Positions 37,401-46,427 of a DNA stretch of 64,000 bases are shown here, piece after piece. Position 1 is the stretch's first letter, and each line of letters starts with the position of its first letter. The notes under the pieces are model-generated. The model ran no database searches, had not been told where the DNA came from, and saw only the letters and a program-made list of their open reading frames with translations. The DNA is taken from assembly GCA_018302705.1 (NCBI GenBank), contig JAGVZI010000007.1:1070-65069 (forward strand). The letters run 5' to 3'. The translations under genes and the position numbers were made by a program. This DNA is from Candidatus Woesearchaeota archaeon. GTDB taxonomy: Archaea > Nanobdellota > Nanobdellia > SCGC-AAA011-G17 > ARS1403.

Positions 37401-38045
37401 AGTCAAATCCTTTGCAACAACATCACCCTCTCCTCTTTTGAATACTCTGAACTCAATTAATCTCTTAGTAGTGTCCTTGGCATCCTGTGGAAGCACCATC
37501 ATTCTTGCATTCAAAAAGCTTCCAGGAATCCTTCTATTCTGCTCCCCGCTTCTGCTGACAATTCCAGTGCCAGAATCGCAGCTAACAAAGACATCTCCCA
37601 ATTCAACGTCTTCAGCTTCAAATCTGGAATTAAAAGCAAGCTTGATTGGCTGATAAACCAAAACACCATTTAGAGAATCAGTTAGCCAATTCACTTTCAA
37701 AATCTCAGGCTGCAATCCTCCATCTCTCGAAACGCTCCAGAAATCATATTTCCTGGCTACCTGATCAGGAGAGCATCCGCTGTTCAATTCTCCCCTTCCA
37801 ACATTGCTTCCACTAGTCCCCAGGCACAAGTCGCCATAAAGAGTGTCGTCGCATCTTAGCTGATTATATCCAGTTTTGCCTTCATGATAAGGATCATTTC
37901 TAGGCCTGTCACAAACACCGTCGCTATCAAGATCATATACATTGCTAGACTCAGGTTGGCTTTGTGATTGCGCAAAAGTAATTGAAGTATTTAATGAAAT
38001 CCCGATTATCAAAGACATTAAAAACAAAGCAGCTACTCTCTTCAT
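34428..38045 (-). CDS. Large secreted protein with Ca-binding DxDxDG repeats and C-terminal lytic transglycosylase (SLT) domain
   Basis: Signal peptide; DADKDGMSD/DNDRDG repeats; ITQESGG, GAVGLMQIMP, ALAAYNAGP, ETQNYV motifs at about 34450..34900. Confidence 0.88.
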   Translation of the reverse strand: MKRVAALFLMSLIIGISLNTSITFAQSQSQPESSNVYDLDSDGVCDRPRNDPYHEGKTGYNQLRCDDTLYGDLCLGTSGSNVGRGELNSGCSPDQVARKYDFWSVSRDGGLQPEILKVNWLTDSLNGVLVYQPIKLAFNSRFEAEDVELGDVFVSCDSGTGIVSRSGEQNRRIPGSFLNARMMVLPQDAKDTTKRLIEFRVFKRGEGDVVAKDLTSLPSDRISGIDEIETTCTVRTNQCIVKRDENGKKIGCDPVYPTEIDQITINIPIDTVAVQPPEFALDAGLELSEDIIKFTEDLIPKFEKAFSLTFQLCVYSIAAVFAAKLATPIIKYFAGNFFDLADFIWYGPKGLRGVAFTTRGRSESNSFVISGRSMCAVAVCPKNWCRVANIQIGTEEIQEKLDLDNDGIKETPVWETNEKGEIKTVSGTDRRIPKNINQPITFGQGATRIQDSLLLSVGCGCISGILTKLYQLRAIAQEWNFCLNDARAGRKFTGQCDRLLNYGICTFVTQEVEAFFGTSFIKKAFGKLFGSGSANNLGGAGIEGSLLEAREADSLKGAAKQGKDDAKEFARGDLAELARTGAGGGVGYAELPIIKTICSLAIYKRLPNIDTFANFDLNRPFIGTSVSINWNSKVSHITPLKEPVFEYQIDWMILAGRDNMRYEIYLKNPGGGRSQLLNKEIFLDRAGDHDSGYLQFLDKVDYTEACVNIPSEAKEDCFPPGRGGSGIIAELTGYGEDDFADADKDGMSDDWENANKLNPNDANDALLDNDRDGRTNVREFREGTDPNVADLGTAYSSETVKSDCRAVFNKDITFKGASSDIPAYKYGDKIEVVNENLIDIERPEKDVEIKVEILGRASGFRETKRFIAHDIEDGLNFNVWNIPEARIGVDVPPTDQYNLKFSLIKSGTLSDQICTDATSRTTNSIKEKSIVIYDPAFSGCNDFGGRDIGKKQACIYTDNGVKVEREACGSDGDRKLIEYSCVSEQCVAETVFCPEGSACQDGRCVLRKEVIPAVATPAAPAQPVTPEIQEEYSTEPTVGGVFTETKNPGGETYVYIKNTVNEVFGNENALPLILGMITQESGGNKQARSPAGAVGLMQIMPDAEADVNLELIAENPFAPEKSRSNWKDNVYIGVRYFKIQLDKYKSIELALAAYNAGPTKVNSKCQSKPFNECKSSLPSETQNYVPAVLGHAEAWRRELTAVAST

Positions 38046-40033
38046 TCAAACCTCACCCCTAATTTATCAAAATGTTTTTCACTTAGTGATTTAACATCCG
38101 AATTCTCAATATAGTCCTCAAAGTTTCTCGGAATTCCTCTTGATAATGCCAGCACAATAATTTTGTCTTTTTCAAGATCATCTAGGCTGATATAAGTCTC
38201 AAAATCTGCGCCTCCAAGGAAAACGCCTTCAACTTTTTGATCAGGAACCTCTCTCCCTTGAAATTCACCTCCAGGGATCGTAATCTCCTCATTAAGAATC
38301 AAATCAACAGCAACATTGTATTGCTCCTCAAACAGCAAAGGAGTTTCTAAAATCTCGTTCCCGTTAAACAAAAGGGCAAAACCTTCCTTAAAGCTGCCTC
38401 TTCCAAGGTCTAAAACAGTGAATCTAACGCTTGCCTGCTCATTCTCCATCAGCTCTCTCTCAAGAACATTCCCGTCTTTCAATTCCAAAACTCTGACTTC
38501 AACTTTTTTATTGACATAGGGCTTCATCGCAGCAAAAACGCTGTTCCTTCCAGTATTATACGTATCCAATTCCTGGTAAAACTCGCCGTATCCATCCTTG
38601 GACAAAATAATCTCTCCTCCCCTGCATAAAGGAAATTCCTCTTCTAAAACAGATCTTCCATTTTCAATTTTAGTTTTGCCTACAACGCAGTTATTAACCC
38701 CGCAGACATACACAACATTTACATCATCCAATGCATTGCTTGTCAGGGCATCAATGCTTTCCACGACAACAGCCTCGCTTAATTTTTGATTCTCATCGCA
38801 GAATAATCCGCCAGCTTCATCCTCCACGCTAACAACGTCGCCATCAATAAGTCTCCCTCCAAAGTTGTCAATTATATAAATCTCAATTGGAAACCTAAAT
38901 GCAAAATTGTCATTCTCTAAATTCACCATCAGCGGATATTGCAAAGTATATCTAAAATTATGATTTGTAAAGCAAAACAGCGGGATAAAAGGCAGCCCCA
39001 GTTTCAAGGTGCTGGGCTTCAACACATTCCCGTCTCGGGGATAAACATCCAAAAAGAACGCCCATCCAGGATTATAATTAAAACTCACAATTGTATCATC
39101 GTGCTCTCCAGAAAAAACATCCCCTATAATCAAGCTGTTATAAAACTCTCCTCTTACATCATTATTTGCTCCTTCAACTCTAAAAAGCCTGGAGATAGTT
39201 CCAAGATATTCCTCTATATTTTCCCTGACTTCATTCAATGTCCAAGTATTAGGATTGCATTCATAATTAAACTCGGCAATTGGAGGTATTGAAATCAGCG
39301 AATTTTTATCCTTGGCATAAGCAGCTATCAAATCAATTGTCATGGCTTCAAAAGGTGCATTCCCGATCTCAGATCTTCTAAGCTCTCTGTTAACAATGTC
39401 AACAGCCATATTATATAGCATCTTCAAATCAATTGGAACATCTATTCCAATGTAGTCGGAAATAGGAAAAATATTTTCTTTAATACCAACGTCGATTTCG
39501 GATTTTAATTTCACAGAAATCTTCCCATTTAATATTCCAGCTTCGCTTTCAATCTGTTTGGTGCTAAAGTCATAATCAGGAAATTCATTAAAGCCACATT
39601 CACTATTAAATCTCCTGTCAATATATCTCTCAAGTTGATCTTCCATTTCTTGAATAGTAGGGACATCAACATTTCCCCTTCCATAAATCCAATAAGGCGC
39701 CTTGTAAATGGGATCAGTCCGCAGGTAAGCTCTTGGATTAAAGCTTATAGAATTAGGAATCTCTATATATCCGCCTTGAAATCCCAGCAGCTCAACTCCA
39801 TCCCTCGCAATTCTCTCAATACAGTTATTAGCATAGTCTACAACGCCCTTAGCCTGCTCAGGGACAACGCTTACTCCAAACAGCTCACTCTCAATTTTCT
39901 GCCTGAAGCTCTCGTTTTGTATATACCCGATAAAGAATGCAGCAAATAATATGACAATCCCGGCAATAATAAATAAGGTAACCTGCCCTCTTTTCCCGAT
40001 CCCTCTTTTCCCGACGATATTCATTTTATTCAT
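38042..40033 (-). CDS. Class III signal peptide (prepilin-like) protein, 663 aa
   Basis: KRG/QVTLFIIAGIVILF N-terminus; related to 54604..55404. Confidence 0.8.
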   Translation of the reverse strand: MNKMNIVGKRGIGKRGQVTLFIIAGIVILFAAFFIGYIQNESFRQKIESELFGVSVVPEQAKGVVDYANNCIERIARDGVELLGFQGGYIEIPNSISFNPRAYLRTDPIYKAPYWIYGRGNVDVPTIQEMEDQLERYIDRRFNSECGFNEFPDYDFSTKQIESEAGILNGKISVKLKSEIDVGIKENIFPISDYIGIDVPIDLKMLYNMAVDIVNRELRRSEIGNAPFEAMTIDLIAAYAKDKNSLISIPPIAEFNYECNPNTWTLNEVRENIEEYLGTISRLFRVEGANNDVRGEFYNSLIIGDVFSGEHDDTIVSFNYNPGWAFFLDVYPRDGNVLKPSTLKLGLPFIPLFCFTNHNFRYTLQYPLMVNLENDNFAFRFPIEIYIIDNFGGRLIDGDVVSVEDEAGGLFCDENQKLSEAVVVESIDALTSNALDDVNVVYVCGVNNCVVGKTKIENGRSVLEEEFPLCRGGEIILSKDGYGEFYQELDTYNTGRNSVFAAMKPYVNKKVEVRVLELKDGNVLERELMENEQASVRFTVLDLGRGSFKEGFALLFNGNEILETPLLFEEQYNVAVDLILNEEITIPGGEFQGREVPDQKVEGVFLGGADFETYISLDDLEKDKIIVLALSRGIPRNFEDYIENSDVKSLSEKHFDKLGVRFE

Positions 40034-40155
40034 TTCTTCCTGCTAACTTTCTCCTTGATTAATTCAATCAGCTCTGTATTAATATCTCTTTTAATAGAAT
40101 CCTTGAATTTCTCCCAAAGTTTCTCGTCTTCAATAAGAAGAAGGTATTTTTTCAT
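40030..40155 (-). CDS. Small RHH-like protein (41 aa)
   Basis: Not in ORF track; MKKYLLLIEDEKLWEKFKDSIKRDINTELIELIKEKVSRKK; ATGA overlap with the prepilin-like gene. Confidence 0.65.
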   Translation of the reverse strand: MKKYLLLIEDEKLWEKFKDSIKRDINTELIELIKEKVSRKK

Positions 40156-40195
40156 TAATTTATCAGTTGTTTTGCAGTATATAAATTTTTCTTAG

Positions 40196-40219
40196 TAACT
40201 TACTAACTTACTAACTTAC
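40196..40219. repeat. TAACTTAC x3 tandem repeat in a divergent promoter region
   Basis: Perfect 8-mers at 40196, 40204 and 40212, just upstream of a minus-strand TATA-like box. Confidence 0.75.
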
Positions 40220-40419
40220 TAAGTAGGATTGGTTAGGAAATAATCAAAAAATTTAATCACTCTTACACTCTCCTTAAGTTAAAAATATATAAACTTCCAT
40301 AATTTGGTATTATGAAGGAAGGGTGAAAAAAATAAGTTATTATGCGCCAGGAGATCAAACAAAAGATTTATATACTATATTATTACAATAATATTATAGT
40401 ATTATCATATTAATATAAA

Positions 40420-41692
40420 ATGAACAGAACTGAATTTTACAACAGGAAACAAGAACTAAAACAGACCATTGCCAAATAAGCTTTACTTTTATGTGGATTT
40501 GGTGGAAAGGCAAGGAATATTAGACTCTTTATCAAAAACAGTTCAAGAGCAAATGGGTGAAATGAGAAAATTTGTAGATTTTAGCGATTTTCTGGATTTG
40601 ATAGCTTTAAAATCAAATAATGAGTTTGTCTTGGTAATTGATGAATTTCAGAGATTTCTGGAAATCTCGCCTCAGTTTATAACAGAACTGCAGAATTGCT
40701 GGGATCAAAAATTAAAGAACAAAAAGATTATGCTTATTCTTGTAGGCTCTTCAATTGGAATGATACAAAAAATAACCAGCAGTAAAGCAGGAACATTGTA
40801 CGGAAGAGCAGTAAAAATTAAAATTGCTCCATTCAAATACTCTGACTTCAGGTTGATGTTTAATGAATTAGGCGAAGAGGAAAAAATAGTTGCTTATGCA
40901 GTATTCGGAGGCACTCCTTATTACCTTGAAAAAGCAAAAAAGATAGAAGGCGACATCCACAAAAGAATATTTGGGCTATTTTTAAAAAAAGGAGCAGAAT
41001 TATTTGAAGAGCCTAAAAACCTATTAGAATATGAAAATGTGCGTATACACTCCAAATACAATTCTATATTGCAGGCAGCTTCTGCAGGAAAAGAAAGCCT
41101 CAAAGAAATTCAAGATTTTACAGGGATTAATGCAAATATAATGCCGGCATATATAAAAAAGCTTGATGAACTGCTGGACTTAATGGGGAAAAAAGACCCG
41201 GTATTAGGCAAGGAAAGGCTTAGAAGATACGGCTTAAAAGACAATTTCTTTAAGTTTTGGTATAGGTTTATATTTTCAAACCAGACTGCTCTAAACATAG
41301 GCAACATAAAGCTTGTAGAAGAAGACATAAAAGAAAACCTTAATTCTTACACTGGAAAAGTGTTTGAAGAAATATGCAAAGAATTACTTATTACTTATAT
41401 AAATAAAAAGATAGATAGCTATATTCTGGACTTTGAAAACATTGGTAGCTGGTGGAGCAGGACAGGCGAAGAAATAGATATTGTCGCATATAATCACAAA
41501 TCAAGAAACATACTGGTTGGTGAGGTCAAATGGGCCAATGAATTGGTCGATATAGATGTTGTTGATAATTTGATGAAAAAATCTAGACTAATAAATTTTG
41601 CAGGCACTGAAAGGGCGCTTACTAGGATAAAAGAAATAAATGGGGTGCATTTAAATCTGAATGATATTGAAAAAATGTTTGATGAAATCTAA
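40420..41692 (+). pseudogene. Archaeal ATPase (ATPase_2/DUF234-type), degenerate
   Basis: MNRTEFYNRKQEL start stops at 40479; the downstream frame keeps Walker B IDEFQ, GGTPYY and EIDIVA but has no Walker A. Confidence 0.7.
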
Positions 41693-41809
41693 AGCTCGCC
41701 TGTTGATTTCGTCATTTTGTTAAAATTGTTAAACAAGCCAATCAAAAACAAGCTTTAATGTAGATAAGCAATTCCAGATAGTATCCTAAAATTAATTTTT
41801 CAAAATTCT

Positions 41810-42241
41810 CTAAGTACAAATCTTGAATTCAACTTTTCCGTTCCTCAAAATAAACGGGCTAGCGCTTATGCTGCTCTTGCAATCATTACCTAGAGAAACA
41901 AGATCATGATCTCCACTCACAATCAGTCTATATTTTTCATTGGTAAATATTCCTTGGGTAGGATCCTCAAGGTAATACATCAAATTGCTGCTAACATCAT
42001 CGCAATTATTAGTTAAGATACATTCTTCGATCAAGTCTTTCATCTGCCTTTTCTCATCATCGTCTTCAACATGCACTTTCATCAGGGCATTCAAAGCGCT
42101 ATTAGCTCTCAAGTTGCTCCTAATTAACCTGCTTTCATTTTCATCATCAGAGCTTTTAATTTTTACAAAAAAAATCAGTGCAAAAACAAGCAGTAGAACA
42201 ACTACAACCAATCCTATAATCTCGCCCTGCCCTCGCTTCAT
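41810..42241 (-). CDS. Class III signal peptide (pilin-like) protein
   Basis: MKRG/QGEIIGLVVVVLLLVFALIFF. Confidence 0.78.
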   Translation of the reverse strand: MKRGQGEIIGLVVVVLLLVFALIFFVKIKSSDDENESRLIRSNLRANSALNALMKVHVEDDDEKRQMKDLIEECILTNNCDDVSSNLMYYLEDPTQGIFTNEKYRLIVSGDHDLVSLGNDCKSSISASPFILRNGKVEFKICT

Positions 42242-42744
42242 AACTCACCTCTTATTTTCAGGATGCCTATTTTATACCTTTTTGATTCGGGATAATACAA
42301 TGAAACAGGAACAGAATAAATCCCGCCATTTGAGCCTTCACTGCCAAATATCTGGAATTTATTCTTATCAGGGTAAGAATTTCCAGCATCAGTAGGAACT
42401 TCAATCCAAATTCCTTTCACATTACCAAACAAATTCCCGTAGTATTCCTTATTGTCATTAGCATTCCTAACATCAGAAAATCCTTCCAACTTAACAGCAT
42501 CCAAGCACTCACTCTCAACTCCCCCTCTGCTGCATCTGAACTCAGGCAAGCCAATAATAACGCTCAATAAACTATTATATTTTTGATCAAGCAAAGTCGC
42601 TTTAGTTTCCTCTAATTCCAAATAAGTAAATCTGAAATAAAGAATTAAGCTAAATAACAGCAACAAAATAAAAACTATCAAAACCATTGTAGTAATCCCT
42701 ATTTCTAGCTGCCCTCGATTATTAGTATACACCTGCACATCCAC
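42238..42744 (-). CDS. Class III signal peptide (pilin-like) protein
   Basis: NRG/QLEIGITTMVLIVFILLLLF. Confidence 0.78.
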   Translation of the reverse strand: MDVQVYTNNRGQLEIGITTMVLIVFILLLLFSLILYFRFTYLELEETKATLLDQKYNSLLSVIIGLPEFRCSRGGVESECLDAVKLEGFSDVRNANDNKEYYGNLFGNVKGIWIEVPTDAGNSYPDKNKFQIFGSEGSNGGIYSVPVSLYYPESKRYKIGILKIRGEL

Positions 42745-43672
42745 CCCCTATTAATCTATTATTTGCAGATTCAATTTCACTAACTTTACCAAAATTAAAT
42801 GAATCAAATGGTTCTATATCATTATCAGTATTATATACTGCATCATTATATCTGCCACCACTAATTGGGCAATTCTCAAAAGGGATATGATTTATTTTCT
42901 CATCATAAACATTATTCACAATCTTAAACCTATTAACAGCAGCTTTCTTCACACAATCAAACTCCTCTTTGCTATCTGTAAAAACGGCCCCCATCATCAT
43001 AGCTTTCCCATAGAAGAAAGATCTTTTTTTATCTTTAAAGCAAATATATCCTTTGACATCTTTTCCAGTAGCATCTTTATCATAATAAATCATTTTATCA
43101 TATGTTTTTCCGTCTGCAGTTAATCTAGAACCAAAATGAGGGCAATCTCCTTCAATCATATCAGAAGACAAACTAGAATCCTGAAGAAAATTTATTTTAA
43201 CATCTCCAGGAAGTGAAGAGCTTAACCATTGTGGGAGTTCAAAATCAGGATCATAATCTAATTCATACCTCTTATCCCATAAATAAACAAAATTAGCAAC
43301 TCTAAAAGGAACATTCCAGCTTGCAGTCGCAACATTTATCTTGTCGCTTTTAATTTTCTCAGGAGCAAAAATTATTTTTCCCCAGACATCTTTCCCGTCT
43401 CTATCATTTACCTTGAACCATTGTCTTTTATCCCCTTCATCGCATTTAAATTCCAGCTCAACTCCTTTCCCAAAATCCAAAACACTTTTAGTTTCAGTAG
43501 TTTCATATTGAGAAAACATAACATCCAATTCTTCAGCAACAACTTTAGCAGTTATCTTCCCAAACAAGTCAGTATGCTGCACAGCAAAATAAATAAGAAA
43601 AGAAAAAATCAAAACCCCGGCAACTATTGAAAATATCCAGTCAAACATAACCGCAAATCCTTTTTTATTCAT
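42722..43672 (-). CDS. Class III signal peptide (pilin-like) protein
   Basis: MNKKG/FAVMFDWIFSIVAGVLIF. Confidence 0.75.
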   Translation of the reverse strand: MNKKGFAVMFDWIFSIVAGVLIFSFLIYFAVQHTDLFGKITAKVVAEELDVMFSQYETTETKSVLDFGKGVELEFKCDEGDKRQWFKVNDRDGKDVWGKIIFAPEKIKSDKINVATASWNVPFRVANFVYLWDKRYELDYDPDFELPQWLSSSLPGDVKINFLQDSSLSSDMIEGDCPHFGSRLTADGKTYDKMIYYDKDATGKDVKGYICFKDKKRSFFYGKAMMMGAVFTDSKEEFDCVKKAAVNRFKIVNNVYDEKINHIPFENCPISGGRYNDAVYNTDNDIEPFDSFNFGKVSEIESANNRLIGGGCAGVY

Positions 43673-44558
43673 ATATTGCCTCTTTTTTCAACTTATCAAG
43701 CAATGTAAATGTCTCTTTGTCAAATTTTGAAAATGCAAACCATTTTTTTCCTAAATCTTTCAAAGATGCTCCAAAATGATATGCTTCCTTATTATCTATA
43801 ATAATAAACCTGTCGTGTGATAATTTGAACTCTCTAACATCAATAGGAGGATATTGAGAATTATGTTTTTTTAAATCCAATAATAGCTGTTTGGATATTT
43901 CTTTAGTGAATATTGTAACCTTTACGTTATTCTTTCTTTTATTGAATAATGTTAAAACAGAATCATCAATAAAGTTATCAATTAAAACAATTGAATTATC
44001 GGCAGTTCTTACTATATCTGAAAAGAATTTATATGCATCAAAAATCTGACCATCAAAAAATATTCCTTTTTCTGGTTTTATCTCTTTGCTTTGGATGATG
44101 TCAAATATTTGGTCAATTTTTTTATCGCTTTCAATCTGTTTTTTTTCAATAACATCCATTCTTTGAAATAGTTGAGAATTGAGAGAAATAAACTTCCTCA
44201 TTGCCACGAATGCCCTCATAATTTGAATGTTTACTTCAATCGCTTTGTCGCTGTTAAGAACGCTTGAAAGATTTGCAACTCCTTGTTCTGTAAACGCATA
44301 AGGGAGTGCCCCTCCTAGATGTTTTTTAGAAGGTATCACATTTTGTGATACCATAACATCAACCTCTTTTTCAGTTAAAATAAACATAAAGTCAGGAGGA
44401 AACCTATTTTTGTTTCTATTTACTGCCTGTTTTAAGACTCTTGTCTCAATAGCATAAAGTTTGGCCAAATCCCTATCAAACATTACTTGAACACCTCGAA
44501 TAGTATAAATCTTATTCTTAATCTCATTCTTGTCCATAATAGTTAATTCATCTTTCAT
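43665..44558 (-). CDS. ORF6N-domain DNA-binding protein
   Basis: IYTIRGVQVMFDRDLAKLY, RFPPDFMF, PYAFTEQGVA; C-terminal SHDRFIIID. Confidence 0.88.
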   Translation of the reverse strand: MKDELTIMDKNEIKNKIYTIRGVQVMFDRDLAKLYAIETRVLKQAVNRNKNRFPPDFMFILTEKEVDVMVSQNVIPSKKHLGGALPYAFTEQGVANLSSVLNSDKAIEVNIQIMRAFVAMRKFISLNSQLFQRMDVIEKKQIESDKKIDQIFDIIQSKEIKPEKGIFFDGQIFDAYKFFSDIVRTADNSIVLIDNFIDDSVLTLFNKRKNNVKVTIFTKEISKQLLLDLKKHNSQYPPIDVREFKLSHDRFIIIDNKEAYHFGASLKDLGKKWFAFSKFDKETFTLLDKLKKEAIYE

Positions 44559-45047
44559 TTAACCTTTAGTTATATTAATTCCTTTAACAACGCCCTCGTT
44601 CTTGAGATTAATGGTTAAAGCTCCATTTGCAACATCAAAGCATTCAGGATTATTATCAAGAGTTATCTTAGTTGACATATTGAATCTATTTTCTTCATAA
44701 AGATTTAAAGGCCCGACAAAAACATCACTAAAGTCTTTTAATTTATCAACAAGGCCTCCATCATTATCCGGAACATTTCCCTCAACAAAGTTTCCGGTTT
44801 CATTTACAAAGCATACCCATCTAGCATCACCCGGTAGCAAAAACCTCTCCTCTCCAGAACTTCCTCTATCAAGATAGTAATACTGGCTTAATTTTTTATC
44901 CAAATCATTAAAAAAATTTACAACGAGTACATCATCCTTCAAGTTTTCTGTTTTCTTTATCAGCTTGATTCCAAAAAACAAAATAGAAGTTGCAACAATC
45001 AAAACAAAAAGCCATACAAAAATTTGCTGTGTCTGTCCTCTTTTCAT
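44559..45047 (-). CDS. Class III signal peptide (pilin-like) protein
   Basis: MKRG/QTQQIFVWLFVLIVATSILFFG. Confidence 0.78.
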   Translation of the reverse strand: MKRGQTQQIFVWLFVLIVATSILFFGIKLIKKTENLKDDVLVVNFFNDLDKKLSQYYYLDRGSSGEERFLLPGDARWVCFVNETGNFVEGNVPDNDGGLVDKLKDFSDVFVGPLNLYEENRFNMSTKITLDNNPECFDVANGALTINLKNEGVVKGINITKG

Positions 45048-46348
45048 TTTTCAAGCAGCCATTTCCATAATGGGATATATTTTACCATTTTGTTTCCAAT
45101 AGCCTCTTCCCCGCCCTTATCATAAGTAATAATTAAGAGATCTCTGCATCTCAACTCCTTGCTAGCCTTAACTAAAGCTTTAATCTCTCTCTCTTTAGTA
45201 TATCTATCATCTAAAGAATAAGATACTTGTATCAGTTTTTTAACTTTCCCTTTTTCAACGACTACAAAATCCACTTCTTTCCCGTCAATGGATTTATAGT
45301 AATAAATTTCCTTTTCCCTTCTAAGAAGTTCTACAAAAACCAAATTTTCCATCAATTTCCCCTTCTCAGAGATCCCATTTACAGTCAGAAGTCCATTATC
45401 TATAATGTATATCTTTGATAGGGATTGCTCCTTTTCTCTGTAAGAATAAGAGAACCTTTTTAATGGAAAAACAAAAAAAACGTCGTTTAATGCACCCAAA
45501 TAGTTATATAGGGAATCCTTGCTTGCTTTAATACCGTTCGACTTGATAAATTTATAAAACTTATGGATTGAAAACTCTCTCGAAGCAGAATCAATTAGGG
45601 AACTTATTAAAATCCTTAAAAGTTTTATATTCCTTATTTTATATCTTTCAACAACGTCCCTAAAGATAATTGTTTCAACAATATCTAATAGAATTTTATT
45701 TCCTTCCTGGGGATACAAGACAGCTTCAGGATAACCCCCTTTTTCAATATATGTTTCTAAATTCTTTAAAATATGAATCTTTTCAGCTTTTGAGAGATAC
45801 TTGCCCATCCCTATCTCTTTAGTGCCTAAATATTCCGAAAAGGAAAATGGCAAAATCTTATAGGTTATCGTCCTTCCTCTCATTGAGGTTGCAATTTCCC
45901 TGCTTAAAAGCTTGGAAGAAGAACCAGAAATAAAAATCTGGACCTTTTCATTGTCAATCAATGTTCTAACAGATTTCTCCCAGCCATTCACATTTTGGAT
46001 CTCATCCAAGAAAAGCCACAAGCTTTTCTTTTCATTTTTTGGGTATATCTCAAAAAGAACGTCCATCATATTGATGAGGTCTCCGCCTTCAACGCCTTCC
46101 AAATCTCCTCTTTCAAAATTTACATAGAGCACTTGTGTAGTATCTGCCTTAAAGGAACTGGAATTCAAAATTTCTTTAATCATCTGGAACATTGCAAATG
46201 TCTTCCCAGATCTTCTAGGACCGATTATTGAAATTGCTCTTCTCAGGGGAATCATCTTAGGTATTTTTACATTTCTTATTACAAGCTCTGGAAGTTCTTC
46301 GCTGTTAAAATCCTTTATTATCTCTCCCCATTTTTCTCTGCTTATCAT
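45044..46348 (-). CDS. AAA-family ATPase (AAA_14 plus DUF4143-type)
   Basis: GPRRSGKT, FLDEIQ, SGSSSKLL, GGYPE, EVDFV. Confidence 0.9.
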   Translation of the reverse strand: MISREKWGEIIKDFNSEELPELVIRNVKIPKMIPLRRAISIIGPRRSGKTFAMFQMIKEILNSSSFKADTTQVLYVNFERGDLEGVEGGDLINMMDVLFEIYPKNEKKSLWLFLDEIQNVNGWEKSVRTLIDNEKVQIFISGSSSKLLSREIATSMRGRTITYKILPFSFSEYLGTKEIGMGKYLSKAEKIHILKNLETYIEKGGYPEAVLYPQEGNKILLDIVETIIFRDVVERYKIRNIKLLRILISSLIDSASREFSIHKFYKFIKSNGIKASKDSLYNYLGALNDVFFVFPLKRFSYSYREKEQSLSKIYIIDNGLLTVNGISEKGKLMENLVFVELLRREKEIYYYKSIDGKEVDFVVVEKGKVKKLIQVSYSLDDRYTKEREIKALVKASKELRCRDLLIITYDKGGEEAIGNKMVKYIPLWKWLLEK

Positions 46349-46427
46349 GGTATTTTATATAAGGAAACTATTTATAAATGTTTCCTTCCATATAAGCATA
46401 ACTGTTATTAGATAATGAATCTGTCCA

